Assembly (NCBI GenBank): GCA_016869175.1
Contig: VGEV01000003.1
Location: 1 to 59,887 of the forward strand
Direction: 5' to 3'
DNA length: 59,887 bases
Origin: Alphaproteobacteria bacterium
GTDB taxonomy: Bacteria; Pseudomonadota; Alphaproteobacteria; GCA-2731375
This document shows positions 52,063-59,887 of this stretch, in pieces. Below the pieces are notes generated by a model that did no database searches, was not told the DNA's origin, and saw only the letters and a program-made list of their open reading frames with translations. A program made the translations under genes and the position numbers. Position 1 is the stretch's first letter. The number at the start of each line of letters is the position of its first letter.

Positions 52063-53454
52063 ATGCGGCGACTTCAGCGATGGCGTGCTGCGTGTCTGGG
52101 CGTGCTGCTGCTGTCTTGGTTGGCGCCGGCCGGGGCCACCGAACTGGCCGAGGACGAACTGGCTGATGCGGGTCTGGCGCTGATCTTCGCCGACGCCGAG
52201 ACCCGCGCGGCAGCCAGCAAGGACCTGGTCAGCCGCGGCAAACCGGACGTCGTGGCGCATTTCATCCTGGCCATGCGCTTCACGCAAGTCGAGGACGAGC
52301 GCTTTGGCGCGGCGCTGCGGGCGCTGACTGGGTATCGCGGTACCACCTGGTTCGATTGGATGCTGTGGCAGGAAAGTCGCCCGGACATTCGGCCGCATCC
52401 GAGCTTCGCCTCGATGCTGATCGCGCTGATGACGCGGATCGATCCGCGTTTCGAGGGTTTTCTTGCCCCCTTTCTGCATGAGCCCGGCCGGCAGCGGGTC
52501 CGGCTGGAAGAAGTGGTCTGGGGCGGCGTTCCGGTGGACGGCATCCCGCCGCTCGACCGGCCGAAGCGGATCGCCGCGGCCGAGGCCGGCTATCTCGCCG
52601 ACGACGATCTGGTGTTCGGCCTGGCGATTGCCGGCGATACGCGGGTCTATCCGCTGCGCATCATGGGCTGGCACGAAATGCTCAACGACGTGGTGGGCGG
52701 CCAACCGGTGTCGCTCGCCTATTGCACGCTCTGCGGCGCCGGCATCCTCTACGACACACGCCAGCCGGGCGACGCGGCGGCGATGGAGTTCTCCACCTCC
52801 GGGTTGCTCTACCGTTCCAACAAGCTGATGTACGACCGCAAGACGCGTTCGCTGTGGAACCAGTTCAGCGGCGAGCCGGTCTCTGGCCCGCTTGCCGATA
52901 GCGGCCTGCGCTTGCGCCAACTGCCGCTCACCATCGCCAGTTGGGCGGATTGGCGCACACGCCATCCGGGCACGACGGTGCTGTCGCTCGATACCGGGCA
53001 TCGACGCGACTACGGCTCCGGCGTCGTTTACCGCGATTATTTCGCCAGCCCAGGCCTGATGTTTCCGGCCGCCGTTGACGAGACGCGGCTGAAGCCCAAG
53101 GACCAGGTGTTCGTGATGAGCGAACCCGGTGCGTGGCGCGCCTGGCCGCTGTCAGCCTTCAACGACCCGCCGGTGCTGAACGATGCCATCGGCCAACGCG
53201 AAGTGGTGCTGATCGGCGAGGCGGCAACCCGCACGGTCCGGGCCTACGAACGTGCCGGCCAGCGTTTCGTCAAGGCCGACGGCGCCATGGCGCTGCGGGC
53301 GGGCGACGGCACAGGCTGGCGGATCGAGGAGGAGTTCCTGCAAGGCCCGGGCGGCCAGCGCCTGCCCAGGCTGCCCGGCCATGTGGCCTACTGGTTCGCC
53401 TGGGACAACTACTTTGGCGCCCAGGGCACGCTCTATCCCGACCCGCCTCGTTAG
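52063..53454 (+). CDS. Exported DUF3179 domain protein
   Basis: Signal peptide; WGGV..DGIPPL, HEMLND, YCTLCG, SGLLYRSNKLMYD..T.SLWNQ and YWFAW motifs. Confidence 0.85.
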   Translation: MRRLQRWRAACLGVLLLSWLAPAGATELAEDELADAGLALIFADAETRAAASKDLVSRGKPDVVAHFILAMRFTQVEDERFGAALRALTGYRGTTWFDWMLWQESRPDIRPHPSFASMLIALMTRIDPRFEGFLAPFLHEPGRQRVRLEEVVWGGVPVDGIPPLDRPKRIAAAEAGYLADDDLVFGLAIAGDTRVYPLRIMGWHEMLNDVVGGQPVSLAYCTLCGAGILYDTRQPGDAAAMEFSTSGLLYRSNKLMYDRKTRSLWNQFSGEPVSGPLADSGLRLRQLPLTIASWADWRTRHPGTTVLSLDTGHRRDYGSGVVYRDYFASPGLMFPAAVDETRLKPKDQVFVMSEPGAWRAWPLSAFNDPPVLNDAIGQREVVLIGEAATRTVRAYERAGQRFVKADGAMALRAGDGTGWRIEEEFLQGPGGQRLPRLPGHVAYWFAWDNYFGAQGTLYPDPPR

Positions 53455-55064
53455 GGTACCTTTCCCAAGATCAGGTCCGCCGCCTTCTCGGCGATCATCA
53501 GGGTCGAGGCGTTGGTATTGGCCGAGGGCATGTTGGGCATGATCGAGGCATCCACCACCCGCAAGCCTGCGATGCCCTTGACCCGCAACCGGTCGTCCAC
53601 CACCGCGGTCGGGTCGCTGTCGGGACCCATGCGGCAACTGCCCATGGGATGGAAGGCCGTCGAGCCATAGCGCATGGCGAAGTCGAGCAGTTGGTCATCG
53701 CTCTCGGCCTGCGCGCCCGGCAACTCCTCCCGCTCGAAAAACCCGGACAGCGCCGGCGAGGTCAGCAGGCGGCGGCACCAGCGCACGCCCGCCGCCGTGA
53801 CCTGGCGGTCGAGGGGGTGCGACAGGTAGTTGGGCTGTACTTGCGGTAGGTCGAACGGGTCGCGCGATCGCGCGCGCACCCAGCCGACGCTCTCCGGTCG
53901 CTCCTGGAACACCCCGCAGGTCATACCCGGGAAATCGTCCAGCACGCCGATCGCGCCGGCACGGAAGCTGGCGGGGGTGAAGACGAATTGCAGGTCGGGC
54001 GCGTCCAGCGCTTCGTTGGATTTCCAGAACACATGCACCAGCGAGGGACTGAGGCCGAGAATGCTCGGCCGGCCGATCGCCCAATTGAAGATCTCGAACA
54101 GCAGCCGCGGTCCGCGCGCCCGCTGGTTGATGGAATCGACCCCCCTGATACGCGCCACCATGCGCGCCGCGTAGTGGTCGCGCAGGTTCTCCCCCACCCC
54201 TGGCAGTTCGTGCCGCACCTCGACGCCGATCTCGCGCAAGAGCTTGGCCGGGCCGATGCCGGAAAGCTGCAACAGCTTGGGCGAGTTGAGCGTGCCGCCC
54301 GAGACAATCACCTCAGCCCTTGCCCGCACCTCGCGCTGGCCCGACAGGCTGCGGCCCGTGGCGTGCCGCACGCCGACCGCGCGCTTGCCGTCCAGCAGGA
54401 TGGCGGTCGCGTGCGCCTGGGTGCGCACCTCGATGGTGCCGCGTGCGAGGGCCGGCCGCAGGAAGGCCTTGGCCGAACTCTGCCGGCGGCCCCGGGCGAT
54501 GTTGCGCTGGAAATAGCCGACACCCGCCTGTTCGCCGCTGTTGTGGTCGGCGCAGCGCGGAATGCCCAGTTGCTGCGCGCCCGCGATGAAGGCCTCGCAG
54601 ACCGGGTGCAGCCAGTCGATGTCGGTGATGGGGGTGGGGCCGTCGCGGCCGCGCACCCGCTCCTCGCCGGCGCCGATGCGCGCCTCCGAGCGCTTGAAGT
54701 AGGGCAGCACATCGCTCCAGCCCCAGCCGCGGTTGCCGGCCTGCGCCCAGGCGTCGAAATCCATCGGCTGGCCGCGGTTATAGATCATGCCGTTAATCGA
54801 ACTGGAGCCGCCGAGCGTGCGCCCTTGCGGAAACGTCACCTGCCGGCCGGCCAGGCCGGGCCCGGCCTCGGTGGTGATCTGATAGGTGTAGGTCGGATTG
54901 TGGAACAGCTTGATGAAGCCGGCCGGCATGTCGATGTAGATCGAGCGGTCGGGTGGCCCGGCCTCAAGCAGGCAGACCGTCGTTCTGCCGTCGGCGCTCA
55001 GTCGGTTGGCCAACACGCAGCCAGCCGAACCGGCGCCGACGATGACGAAGTCGAACTCGTCCAT
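53451..55064 (-). CDS. GMC oxidoreductase
   Basis: IVGAGSAGC, GRTLGGSSSING, GENLRDH, FHPMGSC, RVVDASIMP and ANTNAS motifs. Confidence 0.93.
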   Translation of the reverse strand: MDEFDFVIVGAGSAGCVLANRLSADGRTTVCLLEAGPPDRSIYIDMPAGFIKLFHNPTYTYQITTEAGPGLAGRQVTFPQGRTLGGSSSINGMIYNRGQPMDFDAWAQAGNRGWGWSDVLPYFKRSEARIGAGEERVRGRDGPTPITDIDWLHPVCEAFIAGAQQLGIPRCADHNSGEQAGVGYFQRNIARGRRQSSAKAFLRPALARGTIEVRTQAHATAILLDGKRAVGVRHATGRSLSGQREVRARAEVIVSGGTLNSPKLLQLSGIGPAKLLREIGVEVRHELPGVGENLRDHYAARMVARIRGVDSINQRARGPRLLFEIFNWAIGRPSILGLSPSLVHVFWKSNEALDAPDLQFVFTPASFRAGAIGVLDDFPGMTCGVFQERPESVGWVRARSRDPFDLPQVQPNYLSHPLDRQVTAAGVRWCRRLLTSPALSGFFEREELPGAQAESDDQLLDFAMRYGSTAFHPMGSCRMGPDSDPTAVVDDRLRVKGIAGLRVVDASIMPNMPSANTNASTLMIAEKAADLILGKVP

Positions 55065-55083
55065 GGTGCCCCCCGAAGACGCT

Positions 55084-55112
55084 TTCGATGCCCAGCGATA
55101 CTACGCTAAGCT
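55084..55112 (+). promoter_or_regulatory. Candidate promoter for the glutaredoxin-DinB/cnbZ-like pair
   Basis: TTCGAT-N17-TAAGCT, 19 nt upstream of ATG 55132. Confidence 0.3.
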
Positions 55113-55131
55113 GGCGCCAGCGAGGGCGAGC

Positions 55132-55893
55132 ATGAGCGAACAGATCGCGGTCTTCTGGCAGCCGCACTGAACGAGCTGCCTGAGGGTCAAGGAATACCTC
55201 TCGGTCCGTGGGATCGGGTTCCGCTCGGTGAATGTGCTGGAGGATGCCGCCGGTCGCGAGGAACTGGCGGCGTTGGGCGCGCGTTCGGTTCCGGTGGTGG
55301 CACGCGACGGCCGCTTTGTGTTCGCGCAAATGTTGCAGGACGTGGTGGAATTTCTCGCGCTGCCCGACGATACCGGGCCGACGCTGAGCCCGGCGGAACT
55401 GGCGAGCCGGTTCGATGCCATCTTGGCGGTCGCGGTGCGGTTGTCGGGCCAGATGCCCGACCGGTTTCTCGAGAACCAGTTGCCGAACCGGCCGCGTTCG
55501 TGGCGGGTGCTGCTGCACCACGTCTTCCAGATCGCCGACAGTTTCCTCGACTGCCGAGCGATGGATCGCCCGTTGCGCTACGAGGACCTGGTGGCGCCGC
55601 CGCCGGAGGAGATGCGCAGCGCCGCTGCCATCGCTGTCCATGGGGCGGCGGTGCGGCAGCGTTTCGCGGCGTGGTGGGCGGGGGCCGCCGCCGCCGACTT
55701 CGGCCGGCGGGTCGAGGGGTATTTCGGCCATACCAGCTTGCACGAAATGCTGGAACGCACGGTCTGGCACGCAACCCAGCATGTGCGGCAGGTGGACACG
55801 CTGTTGCGCCAGGTGGGGGTGGCGCCGGCCGCGGCGTTGACGCCCGCGCTGCTGGCGGGCCTGCCGTTGCCGCAGAAGGTGTGGGACGAATGA
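55132..55893 (+). CDS. Probable selenoprotein: glutaredoxin-like (UxxC) domain fused to DinB-like domain, 253 aa
   Basis: ATG 55132 after GAGGG reads MSEQIAVFWQPH-TGA-TSCLRVKEYL, in frame with ORF 55228..55893. Grx cis-Pro motif RSVPVV; DinB-like LLHHVF and WHATQH His pattern. Confidence 0.78.
55180..55204 (+). promoter_or_regulatory. Candidate bacterial SECIS hairpin
   Basis: CUGAGGGU pairs with ACC(U)CUCGG around loop CAAGGAAU, starting 9 nt after the UGA; folded by eye only. Confidence 0.4.
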
Positions 55894-55903
55894 GCGGGCG
55901 GGC

Positions 55904-56656
55904 ATGAGCGCCGCCCCGATCTTCGCGGGCGGCGGCTATCGCTACGTTCCAGGGGTCTTCCAGTATTCGGGCGGCGTCGCGGCCGAGCCGGGCTTCGCCA
56001 TCCGACGGGTGCGTTTCCGGCGGCTAGTGCCGATGGCCCAGGGCTTCGGCGTCGTCGCCGCGCAGCTTGCCGCCGCCGGCCGGCCGACAACCGCGTTTTG
56101 CGCCTGCGAGCTGCGCTCGCCCGCGCAGTTCAGCGAAGCCGGCTTCCGCGCCTTCAACGAGCACTACGTCAAGACGCTGGCCGAATGGGGCCTCTACGAC
56201 GGCAAGCTCAATCCGGTGGCGCGCAGCAATGTCTGCCCGGAAGCGGGCGCGCCGAGCGAACCCTGCTTCCACGCCTTCTGTTTCACCGTCGTCCAGCCCA
56301 ATTCGCCCGCCTCCTTCGTCGTCGCGGGCAGCGGCGAGGCGCCGGAGGGCAAGGAAAACTATCGTGACCATATCGTTTGCCGGGGCGATCTCAGCCCGGC
56401 TGGCCTGCGCCAGAAGGCGCGGTTCGTGCTGGGCGAGATGGAACGGCGGATGGCGGCGCTGGGCTTCGCCTGGGCCGACTGCACGGGCACGCAGGCCTAC
56501 ACGGTGCACGACCTGCATCCCTTCCTAGCCAACGAGATCGTGGCGCGCGGCGCGGCGGCGCAGGGCCTGACCTGGCACTATTGCCGCCCGCCGGTGGTCG
56601 ACCTCGAGTTCGAGATGGACTGCCGCGGCGTCGCGCGCGAGGACGTGCTGGCTTAG
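55904..56656 (+). CDS. CnbZ-like (2-amino-5-chloromuconate deaminase family) protein
   Basis: GGYRY.PGVFQYSGGVAAEPGF, CELRSP, NPVARSNVCP and RPPV.DLEFEMD match my recollection of Comamonas CnbZ. Confidence 0.75.
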   Translation: MSAAPIFAGGGYRYVPGVFQYSGGVAAEPGFAIRRVRFRRLVPMAQGFGVVAAQLAAAGRPTTAFCACELRSPAQFSEAGFRAFNEHYVKTLAEWGLYDGKLNPVARSNVCPEAGAPSEPCFHAFCFTVVQPNSPASFVVAGSGEAPEGKENYRDHIVCRGDLSPAGLRQKARFVLGEMERRMAALGFAWADCTGTQAYTVHDLHPFLANEIVARGAAAQGLTWHYCRPPVVDLEFEMDCRGVAREDVLA

Positions 56657-56665
56657 GCGGGTCCG

Positions 56666-57592
56666 CTACTGGTGCGAGAACATCGGCTTGCCGGGCGCCG
56701 GCATGTCGGCCAGCAGCACCGTGCCCGTATCGGATTCGGTGATGAAGAGCTGCTTGTTGGCGGGCCCGCCATAGGCGAGGTTGGTGATCATCCGCCCCGT
56801 GCAGGAGACCACGCGGGCAAGCGGCAGCCCATGCGGGTCGAACAGCCAGACGGCGCCGCCGCCGGCATGCGCCACGGCCAGGTTGCCCTCGGCGTCGAGC
56901 GCCATGCCATCCGGCCCCAGCCCGCCCATGAGGTAGGCGAACACGCCCACCTTGACCGCCTCGCCATCCAGGAACGGCACCCGCCAGACCGCGTTCAGCA
57001 GCGTCACCGCCAGGTAGAGGATGCCTTCGTTCAGGTTCATGACCAGGCCATTGGGGCTGGGGATCTTGTCCATGACCATTTCCAGCTTGCCCGTGGCGGA
57101 ATAGCGCATGAGCCGGCCGGCATGGTCCTGCAGCCCGGTCAACTGACCCTGGTCGGAGAAGTAGCAGTCGCCGTTGGCGGCGAAAAACAGATCGTTGACA
57201 CCCTTGTAGCCATGGATCAGGTCGCGGCCGAGAAACGGCGTGACCTTGCCGTTCACCGGATCGACCTGCACTAGGCCGTTCTGCTGGTCGGTAACGATCA
57301 GCCGCCCGTCCTTGTGAACCTTCAGGCCGTTCGGCTCGCCGTCATACTCGCAGACCAACTGCCACTCGGCCCTGGGCGTCAGGCGGAAGATGCGGCCATA
57401 GGGGATGTCGGTGACGTAGAGATTGCCGCTGCGGTCGAACGCCGGGCCTTCCAGGAATGAACCGATCTTGGCCGGCTTCTGGAGCACCCGGCCGAGCCGC
57501 TCCACCCAGCGCGAGGGCTTGCCGTCCCGGCGCAGCTCGTCGGGCAGTTTGGCGAAGACGCGGGTCTGGATTTCCGGTGCCACCGGCAACAT
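56666..57592 (-). CDS. SMP-30/gluconolactonase family protein
   Basis: FLEGPAFD, PNGL, GVNDL, SPNGL, GPDGMALD and TNLAYGG motifs. Confidence 0.92.
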   Translation of the reverse strand: MLPVAPEIQTRVFAKLPDELRRDGKPSRWVERLGRVLQKPAKIGSFLEGPAFDRSGNLYVTDIPYGRIFRLTPRAEWQLVCEYDGEPNGLKVHKDGRLIVTDQQNGLVQVDPVNGKVTPFLGRDLIHGYKGVNDLFFAANGDCYFSDQGQLTGLQDHAGRLMRYSATGKLEMVMDKIPSPNGLVMNLNEGILYLAVTLLNAVWRVPFLDGEAVKVGVFAYLMGGLGPDGMALDAEGNLAVAHAGGGAVWLFDPHGLPLARVVSCTGRMITNLAYGGPANKQLFITESDTGTVLLADMPAPGKPMFSHQ

Positions 57593-57736
57593 GCCTTCCC
57601 CCCATAGGATTTGCTTGGCCCGGCACGCTAGGCGGCGGTTCCGGCGGGCGTCAATCGGGCAGCGCGACAGGCAGCCTTGCGCGGCCGCGCGCAACCCGCG
57701 ACTGTTAGCCCCACCGACCAGGCAAGGGGACCCGGA

Positions 57737-58945
57737 ATGGCGATCCGCGCGGGCGCGCAAGAACCGACCACGGAGCGGCCAGTGTCCGATTGCTTGGCGC
57801 GCGCGCGCGGCGTGACCCGGGTCTTGCGGGCGGAAACCAATCGTATCGAGGCGGCGCGCGAACTGACGCCGGCGGCGCTGGAAGCGATGCATGAGGCGCG
57901 GCTGTTCCGCCTGCTGCTGCCGGCATCACTGGGCGGCGAGGAACTAGACCCGGTGACGCTGTCGCAAGTGACGGAAGTGATCGCCGCCGCCGATGCCAGC
58001 GCTGCCTGGTGCCTGGGCCAGGGCTCGGGCTGCGCCATGGCGGCGGCCTATCTGTCGGCCAAGGTGGCGCGGCAGGTATTCGGGCAGGCGCGGGACGTGC
58101 TGGCCTGGGGCGCGGGCGCGCAGGGCCGGGCGGTGGCGGAGGCCGGCGGCTACCGGGTCACCGGCACCTGGCATTTCGCCAGCGGCAGCCGGCATGCCAC
58201 CTGGCTCGGCGGTCATTGCAAGGTGTTCGAGGCAGACGGTCGGGCGCGGCTCAGGGCCGACGGTCGGCAGGTCGAGCGCACGGCGCTGTTCCGGCGCGCT
58301 GAGGCGCGCATCATCGATAACTGGCAGGTCATGGGCCTGCGCGGCACGGGCAGCGACGGCTTCTCGGTTGACGGCTTCTTCGCGGCCGAGGAGATGACGA
58401 TCGATCGCGAGAACGACGACGAGCGGCGCGAGGCTGCGACGCTCTACCTGTTTCCGGCAACGCTGGTCTACGCCCCCGCTTTTGCCGGGGTCGCCATCGG
58501 CATCGCGCGGGCCACGCTCGACGACCTGCTGGCGCTGGCGAAAAGCGACAAGACGCCGCGCGGCGCCCGCACGACGTTGAAGGAGAACCCGGTCTTCCAG
58601 ACGCTGGCCGCCGAACTGGAAGCCGGCCTGCGCTCGGGGCGCGCCTATGTCTCGGGCAGTGTCGCCGAAGTCTGGCGCGCGGTCGGCGCCAGCCGCGAAT
58701 TGACGCTCGACCAGCGCATGGCGATACGCCTGTCGTCGACCTTCGTCATCAACCAGATGACCGATTTGGTGGCGCGCGCCTACCGCGCCGCCGGCGCCAC
58801 GGCGATCTTCGACGACAACCCGTTCGAGCGCCGCTTTCGCGACGCCCATGCCGTCTCGCAGCAGGCCCAGGCGCGCACCACGCATTACGAAACGGTCGGC
58901 CGCCACCTGTTGGGCCTGCCGCCCGACACGCTGATGTTTCTCTAG
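57737..58945 (+). CDS. Acyl-CoA dehydrogenase-fold flavin-dependent monooxygenase (HsaA/C2-HpaH-like)
   Basis: LLPASLGGEE, DASAAW, GTWHFASG, W.VMGLRGTGS and ERRFRDAH motifs. Confidence 0.85.
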   Translation: MAIRAGAQEPTTERPVSDCLARARGVTRVLRAETNRIEAARELTPAALEAMHEARLFRLLLPASLGGEELDPVTLSQVTEVIAAADASAAWCLGQGSGCAMAAAYLSAKVARQVFGQARDVLAWGAGAQGRAVAEAGGYRVTGTWHFASGSRHATWLGGHCKVFEADGRARLRADGRQVERTALFRRAEARIIDNWQVMGLRGTGSDGFSVDGFFAAEEMTIDRENDDERREAATLYLFPATLVYAPAFAGVAIGIARATLDDLLALAKSDKTPRGARTTLKENPVFQTLAAELEAGLRSGRAYVSGSVAEVWRAVGASRELTLDQRMAIRLSSTFVINQMTDLVARAYRAAGATAIFDDNPFERRFRDAHAVSQQAQARTTHYETVGRHLLGLPPDTLMFL

Positions 58946-59835
58946 AGCATGATTCCTTTATTCTGAAGCGTATCCTGAGTTTCTGAAGTAGTTGGCGTAT
59001 TCCTGGGGCGTGAAGGCCTTGAGGAGCTGGCCGATGCCGCGCCATGTGGCTTCGATGGTGCGGGCATCGAGCTTGCGCAGGAGGGTCTTGAGCTTGGCGA
59101 AGGGCTGTTCGATGGGGTTGAGGTCGGGCGAGTAGGCGGGGAGGAACAGGAGCTTGGCGCCGACCGCGCGGATGGCGCGCCGGATCGCCTGCCGCTTGTG
59201 GCTGCCGAGGTTGTCCATGACGACCACATCGCCGGGCCGCAGGGTTGGGACGAGCATCTGCTGGACGTAGGCCAGGAAACTGCGGCGGTTGATCGGCCCA
59301 TCGATGACGCAGGGCGCTTCGATCCGATCCCAGCGCAAGGCAGCCAGGAAGGTGAGGGTGTGCCAGCGCCCATGCGGGAGCTTGGCCACCAGCCGATCGC
59401 CGCAGCGGCAGCGGCCGTGCCGGCGCGTCATGTTCGTCTTGGCCCAGGCCTCGTCGATGAAGACCAAGCGTCGGGGGTCAATCCGCCCCTGATACTTCTT
59501 CCACTGCGCCCGCCGGCGCGCCACGTCGGGCCGGTCCTGTTCGGTGGCGTGCAGGCTTTTTTTGAACGTCAGCCGCTCCACCCGAAGGAAGTGCCAGATC
59601 GCCTTCAGGCTCACCCGCATGCCGCGGTCCGAGAGTTCGCCTTGGATCGCCCGCAGCGTCAGGTCGGGCCGCACCGCCAGTCGCTCCAGCAGCCAAGCGC
59701 GCTCACCCGCCAGCCGCAGCGGCCGGTTCCGCCAACCCATCGGCGAAGCTGCCGCACTCCTAGTCCGACGCTTGCGCTGCGACCACCTCACAACGCTCGC
59801 AACACTCACCTCAAACAGACGCGCAGTCTCTCGGC
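58945..59835 (-). mobile_element. IS630-family insertion sequence (left part displaced by a second IS)
   Basis: End sequence TA|GAGCATGATTCC directly after a TA dinucleotide in CTAG context; carries a DDE transposase; cut at 59835. Confidence 0.85.
58958..59835 (-). pseudogene. IS630 transposase, 5'-interrupted
   Basis: RETARLFEVSVASVVRW HTH; FIDE, MDNLGSHK and LPAYSPDLNPIE DDE triad. The first ~20 codons expected for this family are replaced by the IS3-type end. Confidence 0.85.
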
Positions 59836-59887
59836 TGAACCGCGCCGGGTTTCCCGGAGGCTCCGACTTGTGAGAAGGAGGAGTTGC
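59836..59887 (+). mobile_element. Left end of an IS3-family (IS51/IS629/IS6110-like) element, truncated by window edge
   Basis: TGAACCGCGCCGGGTTTCCCGGAGGCTCC resembles the TGAACCGCCCCGG...CCGGAGAC terminal repeat of this group; it is followed by strong RBS AAGGAGG. Confidence 0.85.

Noticed and set aside
59557-59563. Programmed frameshift at the A7 run of the IS630 transposase
   Set aside because: In this copy TTC AAA AAA AGC reads straight through from the HTH part into the DDE part, so no shift is needed.

Overview
A very GC-rich, gene-dense 59.9 kb window, most consistent with an alphaproteobacterium (inferred from gene content and promoter style). It holds about 50 CDSs, mostly for nitrogen assimilation (amtB-glnK, gltB-gltD) and for catabolism of unknown substrates. 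The catabolic genes include a five-gene PLP-enzyme/thioredoxin-NHL operon, an SDR/CoA-ligase/thiolase-like/DUF35 module, a Liv-type ABC importer, a Rieske oxygenase linked to a HyuA/HyuB-like enzyme, two GMC oxidoreductases, a ThDP decarboxylase, an LLM oxidoreductase, a CnbZ-like deaminase and a flavin monooxygenase. Two genes are disrupted: a hybrid sensor kinase (in-frame TAG plus a frameshift) and a DUF853/HerA-like ATPase (in-frame TAG). At the right edge an IS630 element sits at a stop codon and is itself interrupted by the left end of an IS3-family (IS51-group) element. The most notable signal is missed by the ORF track. A 253-codon frame at 55132-55893 has a single in-frame TGA exactly at the first Cys position of a glutaredoxin CxxC motif (WQPH-U-TSC), followed by a candidate SECIS hairpin. 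It is a probable selenocysteine-containing glutaredoxin-DinB fusion, 10 nt upstream of the CnbZ-like gene. No rRNA, tRNA or CRISPR array was seen. All family assignments come from motif recognition by eye; no database searches were run.
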